Assembly (NCBI GenBank): GCA_036375075.1
Contig: DASUSN010000158.1
Location: forward strand, 70,791-134,790
Direction: 5' to 3'
Source of the DNA: Thermoanaerobaculia bacterium
GTDB lineage: Bacteria; Acidobacteriota; Thermoanaerobaculia; Gp7-AA8
Length of the DNA stretch: 64,000 nucleotides
Numbering within the stretch: the stretch's first letter is position 1; each line of letters starts with the position of its first letter. This document shows, one piece after another, positions 52,400 through 61,259 of this stretch. The notes beneath the pieces were generated by a model. The model was not told the origin of the DNA. It saw nothing but the letters and a program-made list of their open reading frames with translations, and made no database searches. The position numbers and the translations under genes were made by a program.

Positions 52400-52928
52400 C
52401 GTGGTCTCCGAAAAGGCTCATCCAGCGCACGTCGGCCGGCGGCTCGCCGGCACGTGCTCGTATGAGCTCGAATGCGCGGGAGAGGCGCGAACGGACCGCC
52501 TGGTCCGTCAGCCCCAGCTTCGACGCGATCTCCTTCGATCGGAGTCCCTGCGCTCTGAGGAAGATGGCCTGCTGGGTCTCGGGAGTAAGCTCGCGCATGA
52601 CTGCGAGGAAGCGGGTTTGGAACTGCTCGGTCTCCTGCCGTTCGATCAAGGTCTGCTCGGCGGAAGAGGTCTCGTCGGACGCATCAGGCGTAGCTTCCAA
52701 CGAAGTCAACGGCCGGCGACGAGTAGCGAGCTTTCTGGCGAGGTTGAAAGCCGCCACGACCAGATACCGCCATTCGGCTTCCGGAGCGACATGATCCAGC
52801 CGCTTCCACGTGGCGATGAGCGTCTCCTGCGCGATGTCCTCGGCATCCTGCTCCGACTGACCGAAGCCGATGAGCTTCTTCGTCAGTGGTTGCAGATGAC
52901 GGGCATACAGGTCGTCGAGGCGGCTCAT
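52383..52928 (-). CDS. ECF-type RNA polymerase sigma factor (sigma-1)
   Basis: Region 2 DAEDIAQETLIATWKRL...RYLVVAAFNLARK. Region 4 LRAQGLRSKEIASKLGLTDQAVRSRLSRA. Confidence 0.85.
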   Translation of the reverse strand: MSRLDDLYARHLQPLTKKLIGFGQSEQDAEDIAQETLIATWKRLDHVAPEAEWRYLVVAAFNLARKLATRRRPLTSLEATPDASDETSSAEQTLIERQETEQFQTRFLAVMRELTPETQQAIFLRAQGLRSKEIASKLGLTDQAVRSRLSRAFELIRARAGEPPADVRWMSLFGDHDDHEK

Positions 52929-52988
52929 CGATCCTGATGAAGAGATCCGGTTGCCGGACGTTTGTGGCGCGAGGCGCGCGGGCTACGT

Positions 52989-55262
52989 TCAGCGCGAGGC
53001 CGCGTTCTTCCGCGGCGCGACCGATTCGAATGCCACGCGTTCGATCGACCACCGGCTGGTCGTCAGTGCGCGAGTGGCGCGGGTGCCGCTCGTCGTCAGG
53101 AAGAGGAGCTCTTCGAGCGGCGAGAGCGGCTGGGTCCACTCCGGTACCCGCACACCGTCCCAGGTGAGGACGGACGGATTGGGGAGCGGCTCGTCGGTGG
53201 AGAGCAGGAAGTACGTGTCGACGCCGTAGGGGTGCGTGATGTCGAAGGCGCTGGCGTTGCCCAGGCGGATCTCGGTGGGGGCAGGGTCGCGGAGGGGGAA
53301 GCGGTTCTCGACCGACCCGGTCTCCGGAAAGGCGAGGAAGCTCTTGCCGTGGCTGTCGATGACGAACGCGTAGTAGTAGCGGGGCGTGATGGTCGAGGCC
53401 AGCGGCTGCGCTGCGCGGAGGACGACGCTGTAGGTATCGCCGCCGATGACGGCGCCGTCACGGACGAGCTCTTTGGTCTTCTCGCGCAGCAGGACCAGGC
53501 GGTACGGTGCGCGGGTATTGGGCGGAGACTCGAGCCGGTGCCAGGCGTGGATGCGCCGCAGGGTCAACACGCTCCTGCGCAAAGCCTCCACCGAATCGCG
53601 CAGCGTCCCGTCGCGGAAATCCTCGGCCACCCACGCGGTGCGCTGCGGCAGGCCGCTGTCGCGGCGCTCGTCGTTGCGGACGAGCGGGCGTAACCACGCG
53701 TACTCCATTCGGGATGCGTAACGCCCGGCGAGGATGTAGTCGGCATCCCGGGGATCATCGACCGGGACGATGCCTTCGCGGTCGGTGCCGGGCCCGATCC
53801 CGATGCCGTCAATGAGCGCGGCCGGGGCGGGGAACTGCACGAACAGCGACGCGCTGGGGTGCAGGCGCGCGATGGCCGCGAACAATGACGGCTCGTTGTC
53901 GAAATGCGAGATATTGCCGTCGTGGTCCAGCAGCTCCCAGCCGGTGCCTCGCGGACGCAGCACGTGCGTCGGCGCGGTATCGATCGGGTCCGCGACCCAG
54001 CGCGGTTTCCCGGCCGTCGCCAGCCGTCGGGCGAGTTTGGCGATCTTCCGTACGTCTCCGGAGACGCGAGGCGCCCACACCCGCAACGGCCGTCCCGGCG
54101 GCGCCGCCCAGCCGACGACTTCCAGCAGCGCTCCGGCGCGGACCGCCTGCGGCATGCCGCGTCCCGTCTCCATGCGCGCGATGCTGCGGCCCAGGCCGAG
54201 GATGGTCGTGACCCGCAGGCGCGCGGTCAGCGCGCGATCGCTCACGCAGCTCAGCTCGGTCCCGACCGAAAGGCCGTTCGCCCAGCCGCCCTGCAATACG
54301 ATGTTTCCATCAGGCTCGACGCGCTCGACGGCGACGACCGGCCGGTCGCCCTGCCGGTCGATCCTCACGCCGAGGAACGGCCGCAGCCGCGCCTCGGCCG
54401 GGCCGAGCATGGCCGGCGCCTGGTAGGGCGTCTCGCCGCGCAGCCGGGCCTGCGCGCGAAGGAACGTCTCCTGCGCCGGCTCCCCCGCGACGGCATCGCG
54501 CATCGCGCGGATCCAGGCCCACGTGAACGAGCCGTGCATCAGATCATCGTCGCCCCGCGTCTCCCATGCAGGGTCGAGGTCCTGCGTCGATGCGAGCACC
54601 AACGCGCCGCGCTCGTCGGGGCGCGGCCCGTAGCGCGTCGGATCGTTGATCTCACGGCCTCGGCGGATGCCCCGCGGATGTGCACCGGTCGGCAGGCCGC
54701 GGAATCCCGAGCCGCTGTGGCAGTGATCGAGGATCAGCGTCAGATGCGCGCCGCGGTCGAGGATGCGATTGAACAGCGGGCGCAGCTCCTTGTCGCGGAT
54801 GTCGGACGCGCCGAGGCGGGAGTCGGCGGGGACGATCGACTCGTCGAGCCGGTCCAGCTCGTCCGAGCTCGGATTCGGCACCTGCGAGCCGTGGCCGGCG
54901 TAGTAATAGAAGACCACGTCGCCTTTGCGCGCGGGCTTCACGAGATGCTGCTCGATGGACTGCAGGATGGCCGCGCGCGTGGCCTGCTGGTTGCGGAGCA
55001 GCACGATGTCGTCCGGATCGAAGCCGTAGAGCAGGACGAGCATCTCCCGCAGGATGCCGGCGTCGTTCGCGGCGCCTTTGAGATCGGGCCAGCCGCGATG
55101 GTCGGTCTTGACGCGCAGCGGCCGGGGAAGGGTGGATGCGGTGTAGTCGTCGATGCCGATCAGCAGCGCGCGGCGGCGGAGCGGGGTTTGGGCGTCGAGC
55201 GACGGTGCGGACAGGCCACAGGCCGCCAGCACCAGGAGTGCACATTGGAGGTGGCGTTTCAT
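52989..55262 (-). CDS. exported caspase family (peptidase C14) protein with long C-terminal region ending in a DUF4384-like domain (P2)
   Basis: Start ATG 55262 (MKRHLQCALLVLAACG: signal/lipobox). ALLIGIDDY, YYAGHGSQ (His), LILDHCHSGSG (Cys). C-terminal YYYAFVIDSHGKSFLAFPE...GVDTYFLLSTDEPL resembles DUF4384 by eye. The track ORF is over-extended. Confidence 0.8.
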   Translation of the reverse strand: MKRHLQCALLVLAACGLSAPSLDAQTPLRRRALLIGIDDYTASTLPRPLRVKTDHRGWPDLKGAANDAGILREMLVLLYGFDPDDIVLLRNQQATRAAILQSIEQHLVKPARKGDVVFYYYAGHGSQVPNPSSDELDRLDESIVPADSRLGASDIRDKELRPLFNRILDRGAHLTLILDHCHSGSGFRGLPTGAHPRGIRRGREINDPTRYGPRPDERGALVLASTQDLDPAWETRGDDDLMHGSFTWAWIRAMRDAVAGEPAQETFLRAQARLRGETPYQAPAMLGPAEARLRPFLGVRIDRQGDRPVVAVERVEPDGNIVLQGGWANGLSVGTELSCVSDRALTARLRVTTILGLGRSIARMETGRGMPQAVRAGALLEVVGWAAPPGRPLRVWAPRVSGDVRKIAKLARRLATAGKPRWVADPIDTAPTHVLRPRGTGWELLDHDGNISHFDNEPSLFAAIARLHPSASLFVQFPAPAALIDGIGIGPGTDREGIVPVDDPRDADYILAGRYASRMEYAWLRPLVRNDERRDSGLPQRTAWVAEDFRDGTLRDSVEALRRSVLTLRRIHAWHRLESPPNTRAPYRLVLLREKTKELVRDGAVIGGDTYSVVLRAAQPLASTITPRYYYAFVIDSHGKSFLAFPETGSVENRFPLRDPAPTEIRLGNASAFDITHPYGVDTYFLLSTDEPLPNPSVLTWDGVRVPEWTQPLSPLEELLFLTTSGTRATRALTTSRWSIERVAFESVAPRKNAASR

Positions 55263-55316
55263 CGCCTCTGTTCTCTCTTTCGTAGAGAATGCTGCTTTCC
55301 TGTGAGACAGCGTTGG

Positions 55317-56276
55317 ATGCTCGCCGTGGCGTTTGCGCTCGCGCTGCCGGTTTCCGGCGGCGTGACGCGCAGAGCGCAGCCGGTGCCGGACGGCCCGGTC
55401 GAGGCCTCGCAATCGGCGGCCTTGTTCGTGGGAGTACGGGCGTTTTCGCACGACCGCACGTTGACGGAGGTGCGGTATGCGGTGGACGACGCCATCGACC
55501 TCGCGCATCTGCTGGCGTTCGAGCGCACGCCGCGGCTGATCGAGCCGCGGCGGGTCGTTCTGGCGTTATCGGGCGAGGCCGAGAAGCCCGATTCGCGCCG
55601 CCGGCTCGAGGAGCTCGTCCGGGCCGGTGCGACGGTGCGGCCGGCCGGACATTCGGAGCTGCTGACGTTGCTGGAAGCGCAGGCCGCCGCGGTCGGACCG
55701 GCGGGCATTCTCCTCGTGTCGTTCGCCACCCACGGTGTGAGCGATCGCGGCGTCCAGTACCTGCTCGCGTCGGATTCGCTGCTGCAGATGAGCGGCACGA
55801 AGATCGCGGCCGCCGACGTGGAAGACATCGTCTCGCGGGCCGGCGTGCGGCGGGCATTGATCCTGTTCGACGCCTGCCGGCAGCGGCTGACGCGCGACAC
55901 GCGTGCCGGCGCCGTCGATCCACGGTCTGCCGCGGCCTTGCTGCAGGAGATCGCGAACAGCGACGGCCGCGTGGTGTTGTCGGCCGCGGCGGCGGGGCAG
56001 TATGCGTACGACGACGACACATTGCGTAATGGCGTGTTCACGGCGGCGGTGATGGACGGCCTGCGCTGCGAGGCGCCGGCCGACGAGCGGGGATTCGTCA
56101 CGGTGGATACCCTTTCTTCCTATGTCGAGGATCGGGTGCTGCAGTGGATCCGGCGCCATCGCGATCGCGACGCGCGCGTCGCGACGCAACTGCAGTGCGA
56201 GGGCGCGTCGAAGAAGATGCCGCTCGCGGCGTGCGTCAGCGGCAGACCGGCATCGTCTGCGCCTCCTGCCGAGTGA
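55317..56276 (+). CDS. exported caspase-like protease domain protein, paralogue of the P1 protease domain (P3)
   Basis: ATG 55317 (MLAVAFALALPVSGG). ALFVGVRAFSHD...DDAIDLAH...LLVSFATHGV (His)...LILFDACRQR (Cys)...GVFTAAVMDGL aligns collinearly with P1. The 790-aa track ORF is an artefact. Confidence 0.7.
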   Translation: MLAVAFALALPVSGGVTRRAQPVPDGPVEASQSAALFVGVRAFSHDRTLTEVRYAVDDAIDLAHLLAFERTPRLIEPRRVVLALSGEAEKPDSRRRLEELVRAGATVRPAGHSELLTLLEAQAAAVGPAGILLVSFATHGVSDRGVQYLLASDSLLQMSGTKIAAADVEDIVSRAGVRRALILFDACRQRLTRDTRAGAVDPRSAAALLQEIANSDGRVVLSAAAAGQYAYDDDTLRNGVFTAAVMDGLRCEAPADERGFVTVDTLSSYVEDRVLQWIRRHRDRDARVATQLQCEGASKKMPLAACVSGRPASSAPPAE

Positions 56277-56604
56277 TCGAGCCGTAGGTCCAGAGGCCTC
56301 CGTCCTGGTCCCTGTAGGCGACGGCGCGGAATTTCCGTTCCTCGGCGTACTGCTGCAGGCCGCCCGGATAGGTGGCGGACTCGCCGTCGCCGTAATGCAG
56401 CGTCTCGACCGTCGCGTCGTCCAGGGCGGTCCGCGTGCGGACGAGCAGGACCCGGCAATCGGTACCGGCGGCGTAGGCCGTCAGCTCGTGGAGTGTGTAG
56501 TTGCGCGTGAGCATCCGCGCGGACTCGATGGGGGCTTTCGCGTCGGGATTGAAGTCGCAGGCGGCGAGGGCCGCGAGCAGAGCGAGAGCAGAGAGGTGCT
56601 TCAT
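56236..56604 (-). CDS. hypothetical lipoprotein (122 aa)
   Basis: MKHLSALALLAALAAC lipobox; no family recognised. Convergently overlaps the P3 3' end by about 40 nt. Confidence 0.55.
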   Translation of the reverse strand: MKHLSALALLAALAACDFNPDAKAPIESARMLTRNYTLHELTAYAAGTDCRVLLVRTRTALDDATVETLHYGDGESATYPGGLQQYAEERKFRAVAYRDQDGGLWTYGSITRQEAQTMPVCR

Positions 56605-56669
56605 GGAAGCCTCCTATGGAAAAGCGGTTCGCCATCGGGCGATGGCGAACCGCGGTACGGTGGGGAGCT

Positions 56670-57710
56670 TCAGGGAGTGTCGACCCGCGTCGGCGGGCAG
56701 ATGGTGCGGTCGTACAGCGAGCGGCCGGCGTCCATGCGCAGGCGGTTGAGCAGCTCGGAGTAGACCGCCGTCGTCGGATGGACCGTCGACCAGCTCACCT
56801 GCGGCACGGTCGTGCCGCTCGGCGCGCCGGCGCGCGGCACCAGCCGCGTCTCGCGCGCGGGCGGGCTGTCCAGCAGCTCGTAGTACATCTCGAAGTGCTT
56901 GCCGACCTGCGGCGCGTTGTTGTTCGACGACGCCGGCGGAACGAACGGCGGCAGGTTGATGACGGCGATCTCCACCTGGCCGGAAGAGTCGGGTGTGAGG
57001 GTCATCGAGCGGCCGGTGCTGTTGTCGTGCTTCGTCTCGACGAGCTGGATGCTGCTGCCGGGGACCTCGATGTCGACGCCGACCCAGCTGCTCACGGCCT
57101 GGACGTACGCCGACGTGTTGCCGGTGCCGTCGAGGCGCTTGAAGTGCACGGGCGTGACGTCGCTGCCGAGGCGCGCGACACTGAAGGTGGAGAGCTCGCC
57201 GCTGTCGATGGTGAAGCGCGCGGCCACGATGGACGGCGGCACGGCGTCGAAGACGTCGGAGTCCAGCGTGCAGCCGCTGCCGCAGAGGTCCGAAAGGCTG
57301 GCGATCCAGGAGAAGTCGCCGCGCTGTGTGGACGTCGTCGGGATGACGTCCGTGCCGCGGACGCCGTCGACGATGTTCAGTGCGGGCAGGTTGCCGCCCT
57401 GGACCGTGAGGTCCGAGCCGGAGATCAGCCACGCGCTGCCGTTGCCGAGGGCGTCGGCGAGGGAGTCGAGGGCGACGGAGGGGGACTGATCGCGGAAGCT
57501 GAAGCCGGCGATCGTGGCATTGTTGGTCACGCAACTGCCGCTGCAGCCGCCGGCGCGGACATAGACGATCGGCGTGTGCGCCTGCATGGCGGCGCCGTCG
57601 GACGTGTGGTGCTGGTCGGCATTGAGGAGCAGGACGGTCACTTCCGTCCCGTTCTCATTGGGAACGAAGGCCATCAGGCCGGTGAAGAGAATCTTTGCGA
57701 TGAAGCTCAC
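56670..57710 (-). CDS. hypothetical protein (346 aa) with two CxxxC pairs, overlapping the CHAT gene 3' end
   Basis: AGGAGG 8-9 nt upstream of GTG 57710 (alternative ATG 57674), giving a 56-nt (or 20-nt) overlap with the upstream CHAT ORF. Hydrophobic N-terminus SFIAKILFTGLMAFV. GGCSGSC and LCGSGC. No family recognised. Confidence 0.5.
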   Translation of the reverse strand: MSFIAKILFTGLMAFVPNENGTEVTVLLLNADQHHTSDGAAMQAHTPIVYVRAGGCSGSCVTNNATIAGFSFRDQSPSVALDSLADALGNGSAWLISGSDLTVQGGNLPALNIVDGVRGTDVIPTTSTQRGDFSWIASLSDLCGSGCTLDSDVFDAVPPSIVAARFTIDSGELSTFSVARLGSDVTPVHFKRLDGTGNTSAYVQAVSSWVGVDIEVPGSSIQLVETKHDNSTGRSMTLTPDSSGQVEIAVINLPPFVPPASSNNNAPQVGKHFEMYYELLDSPPARETRLVPRAGAPSGTTVPQVSWSTVHPTTAVYSELLNRLRMDAGRSLYDRTICPPTRVDTP

Positions 57711-60651
57711 TGTGTTTTTCCTCCTGTGCGGTGCGTGGTGCGTAAGGCGAGTCCGCATAGCCGACCGCCTGGAATGCCGCCCACGCTCTCGCGGGTCGTT
57801 TGTCCCGGAGCATTTCGAGCTGCGCCTTCCGGAGCGCAACTGCCACCTCGTCTCCGTTCCGATAGTGACGATGAAAAGACACCAGCAACTCGCGAGTTGT
57901 GGCGCTGTCCTTCACGTCCCATAACGTACCGACGACGGCCGGAACCCCGGCCGCAATGAGCGGCCGGACTAGAGGAGCGAGACCTTCGGGCCCGATGGAT
58001 TCTCCGGACGCGGTGCTGCACGCGGCGAGCACGATGAGGCGCGTCTGGCTGAGGACCTCTGGCCGGGTGAGGAGTCGTTCTGCAGTGAGATCGCCCGAGC
58101 TGTTTCCCTCCGGAGCGAGAATGAGTCTCGACAGCCACGGGTCGTATGGGTTCGCGACTGCGTGACCGGCGAAATGGATGATGGTGGCGTTTCTGGCGGC
58201 GGTGAGGAATCGCTTGATGGATGCCTCATCGCCGAGAAGAAGGTCGGAGCCGGGGTATTCAGCGTGAAGTTGTCGCGCCTCGGCGGCTGCATTTGCGAGT
58301 TGCTGCAACTGGGACGTATCGGCAAGAGCGGGATCGCCGACGATGAGCACACTCGGGTCGCCGCCGCGAGAAAACTGTCGGTCGCGGAGCGTTGAGTACA
58401 GATAAAGCGACGTACTGCCTGCGACGGCGATGCTGCGGCGAGCGATGACGTATCCCTCTTTCTGGCTCTCCAGAGCAGCGAAGGGAAGCCCGTGCATGGG
58501 GCCGTCGGGGACGATGACGACCCGGCGGTGTCGCAAGCCCGCGAGCGGCGTGCTGAAGAGTCCATCGTACACGGCACGCATCGTCGTTGCCGGAACGTTC
58601 TGACCGGCGATGATCGCCGTATGGATGTTCTCGACCCAGGTGCGGATTGCTGTGCGGCCGACGCCGTGCTGGAACGGAATGATGCCCTCTCGCGAAAGGG
58701 CCCAGGAGTACGTCTTGTCCTCCAGAACCAGATACTGAAGGATCAGCGTGTCTTCCGGAATCGCCGCACGCATCTGTTCCAAAGCAGCCATGCTGTCGAT
58801 TCTCCGGAAGCCGGACGGCATCGAAGCCGTCTGCAGGAGGAGTTGCAGCGGCTCGAAGCCGCGCGCCTGTTCTGCATAGAGGAACGCACCCTGGACGTCC
58901 TTCTGCCGGACATGGCGCTCGATCATTTCGTGATGCAGCGACTGGAAGCGGGAGAAGTAAGGTTTCCAGAGAGCTTCGTAGTGGCCGCGCGTAGTCATGT
59001 TGCGTAGCTGGATTGCTTCGTCCCGCAGCAGCGCCAGCGCCGTGGCCAGGTCATCGTTCGACTCGGGAGCTGTTCCGCGGGCCAGTCCTCGTTTGTAGTA
59101 GAGATGTGCACGATAACTGGCGTATTCATTCGGAGCGCGCTCGATGGCTTCGGTGAAGTGTTGAACTGCTTCGGGGAGCCGGCCCTTCGCGAACGCTTGA
59201 TGGCCTCTCACCTCGGAAAGACGCATGTTGAGCAGTGGAAGGTACGCGGAATCCGCTGCTTTTGCGGACTCCGTGGCCTCCACAAGATCGCCTTCGGCCA
59301 GTGCGTCGTGACCGAGTGCGATATGAATGTCGGCACGCTCCCGGAGAGCGATAGCGTAGTGATGCTTCGCGTCCTGAATCTCGTCCGCAGATGCGTGGGT
59401 GATCGCTCTCTGAATTAGCTCGACGCCAGCGTTCTGAAACTGGAGCGCAATGGCCGGAAAGCCCAGGTCACGCGCTGCTCTGGCGGCGGCGGCGTACCCT
59501 TGATGGATAGCATCTAGGTCCGTAACACCGGAAAGAAGAGGTAACACGGCTAAGGCGTCGCGGAACGCCTCTTCGAATCTGCCAATCGTGCTGTAGTTGA
59601 AGGTTCGGCGGCTCAGGATTTGTGCTTTGCGGGTGGATGATTCGTTGAGCGCGAATGCCTGGTCATATGCCTGCAAGGCTTCGAAATATCGAGATTGCCC
59701 TTCCAGCGCGACGGCTCGCAGAATACACGTGCGGGTCGCGAGGTCCCGGTAGCCGTTGTCTAAGGCCACCGAAATGATTGGCTCGAGTAGGGACAGGCAG
59801 TCGCCTCCTGAACGGAACACCTCTCCTGCGGCTTTTTGGCGAGCGAGGAGCTGAAGGGGATTTCGCGCGTGTTCGAGCAGCTCGGCGGCTTGCGTGTATC
59901 TGGCTTGCTGAAGAGCCGTCACACCCTTCTCGAAAGCGGAGCGGTCGTGCGTTCGCGAAGCGGCGTCCACGACCGCGCGTGCGAACGGATCATCAAACAC
60001 ACCGGCGAGTAACCTCGCCTTCGGGAGGTCGATCAGAGCGGAGGTCTCGAAATAGTCCATCGCCTCTTTGGGGAAGGCCCGAGCGAGGCGGCGAGCTTCT
60101 AATGTGTCCCCGCGTTCGAGGGCGGCAGCCATCTTTTCGGAGCTCCAGCGGGGCGGCACGGCCTGCACCCGCTCGAGGTGCTTTCGCGCCTCCGACTTCC
60201 ATGCCGGTGCGTCGTGCTGCAGGACCTCACTCCACGAGTGCTGTGCCTCGCGGGTGAGACCGAATTGCTGCTGAATGAGCGCGCGATTGAAACGGGCAGC
60301 GTCGGATTGCGACTTCAATGCTGCATCCAGCGCACGCAGCATGCTCACGGGGTCGTTTTTCCGTCGCGAGCGAATGAAGAACGCCGCGGCGAGATCCTCT
60401 TTAGAGTGCTTGCTGACTGCGGCTACAGCTCGATCGAGACAGTCGCCGTTCGCGCGGACCAATAGCGCGATTGCCTGATCGCGGGTCTCGATCTTTTCGT
60501 CGCACGAGGCGCGTACCTCATTCCATTCCAGCCGCGGCTCGACCGTACGCCACTTTTTGACGGCATTGGTGTCTGCTCCATCGTTACAACCCGCGACTGC
60601 GCCGCAGAGGATCGCAACAAAAGCCATGGCAACGAAAAAGAGTCTCTTCAC
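57655..60651 (-). CDS. TPR-repeat CHAT-domain lipoprotein (caspase-fold protease) (P4)
   Basis: GTG 60651 gives (M)KRLFFVAMAFVAILCGAVAGC, a lipoprotein signal. Long helical-repeat region (ALQAYDQAFAL, AIALQFQNAGVEL, ...). C-terminal CHAT: VVIVPDGPMHGLPFAAL, IIHFAGHAV (His), LIVLAACSTASGE (Cys), WAAFQAVG. Confidence 0.8.
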   Translation of the reverse strand: MKRLFFVAMAFVAILCGAVAGCNDGADTNAVKKWRTVEPRLEWNEVRASCDEKIETRDQAIALLVRANGDCLDRAVAAVSKHSKEDLAAAFFIRSRRKNDPVSMLRALDAALKSQSDAARFNRALIQQQFGLTREAQHSWSEVLQHDAPAWKSEARKHLERVQAVPPRWSSEKMAAALERGDTLEARRLARAFPKEAMDYFETSALIDLPKARLLAGVFDDPFARAVVDAASRTHDRSAFEKGVTALQQARYTQAAELLEHARNPLQLLARQKAAGEVFRSGGDCLSLLEPIISVALDNGYRDLATRTCILRAVALEGQSRYFEALQAYDQAFALNESSTRKAQILSRRTFNYSTIGRFEEAFRDALAVLPLLSGVTDLDAIHQGYAAAARAARDLGFPAIALQFQNAGVELIQRAITHASADEIQDAKHHYAIALRERADIHIALGHDALAEGDLVEATESAKAADSAYLPLLNMRLSEVRGHQAFAKGRLPEAVQHFTEAIERAPNEYASYRAHLYYKRGLARGTAPESNDDLATALALLRDEAIQLRNMTTRGHYEALWKPYFSRFQSLHHEMIERHVRQKDVQGAFLYAEQARGFEPLQLLLQTASMPSGFRRIDSMAALEQMRAAIPEDTLILQYLVLEDKTYSWALSREGIIPFQHGVGRTAIRTWVENIHTAIIAGQNVPATTMRAVYDGLFSTPLAGLRHRRVVIVPDGPMHGLPFAALESQKEGYVIARRSIAVAGSTSLYLYSTLRDRQFSRGGDPSVLIVGDPALADTSQLQQLANAAAEARQLHAEYPGSDLLLGDEASIKRFLTAARNATIIHFAGHAVANPYDPWLSRLILAPEGNSSGDLTAERLLTRPEVLSQTRLIVLAACSTASGESIGPEGLAPLVRPLIAAGVPAVVGTLWDVKDSATTRELLVSFHRHYRNGDEVAVALRKAQLEMLRDKRPARAWAAFQAVGYADSPYAPRTAQEEKHSELHRKDSLHRPDGLRSQ

Positions 60652-60683
60652 GCTTTCATAAGATACGCGGTTCGCGAGAATGG

Positions 60684-61256
60684 ATGCGAGCAATGACGAT
60701 GCGAAGCAAGGGCGGTGGCAGTGACGATCTGTTTCGGTCCCTGTATGACCGCTATTCCGCGCGCATGTTGCGGTTTTTCCGGACGGTCTTCCGTGTCTCC
60801 GATGCGGAAGCGCAGGAGCTGACGCACGACTCGTTCCTACGGTTCTACCGGACCATGCACGAATACCGCGGCGAAGCCGAATGGGCGTTGCTCGAGACCA
60901 TCGCGCGGAACGTGGGATACAACCGGGTGCGCTCGCTGACGACCATCAAGCGTGGTGCGGTGCGTCCGGAGTCGCTCGACGACACGGAGTCTTCTCGAAA
61001 GGATCCGGTGGCTGTGCAGCAGCACCCGCTGGATCGCATGATCGACGCGGAGCGCAGGACGCGCCTTCGCCGGGAAATGGCCGCTTTGCCGAAAGGGCAG
61101 AGGCAGTGCCTGCAGTTATGGCTGGATGACTGGAGCTACGAAGACATTGCGACGACGCTGCGCATCTCTGTCGACGCGGTGAAATCGCGCCTCCGCGATG
61201 CACGGCGGCTGTTGCGCGAACGACTGGGAGACGAAGGCGTGCTCCCGGAGGAATGA
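60684..61256 (+). CDS. ECF-type RNA polymerase sigma factor (sigma-2)
   Basis: Region 2 EAQELTHDSFLRFYRTM...LLETIARNVGYN. Region 4 LWLDDWSYEDIATTLRISVDAVKSRLRDAR. In-frame alternative starts at 60693 and 60699. Confidence 0.85.
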   Translation: MRAMTMRSKGGGSDDLFRSLYDRYSARMLRFFRTVFRVSDAEAQELTHDSFLRFYRTMHEYRGEAEWALLETIARNVGYNRVRSLTTIKRGAVRPESLDDTESSRKDPVAVQQHPLDRMIDAERRTRLRREMAALPKGQRQCLQLWLDDWSYEDIATTLRISVDAVKSRLRDARRLLRERLGDEGVLPEE

Positions 61257-61259
61257 ATC

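Noticed and set aside
52929-52988. ECF-type promoter (GAAC ... CGTC) upstream of sigma-1
   Set aside because: Both words are present, but they are about 26 nt apart, which does not fit the usual 16-17-nt spacer. I therefore did not call it.
56670-57710. Whether the 346-aa ORF next to the CHAT gene is a bacterial gasdermin, given that caspase-like proteases are known gasdermin partners
   Set aside because: I see no resemblance to gasdermin N-termini. The partner CHAT protein is a predicted lipoprotein (exported), whereas known gasdermin-activating proteases act in the cytoplasm. The idea is unsupported without a structure or profile search.
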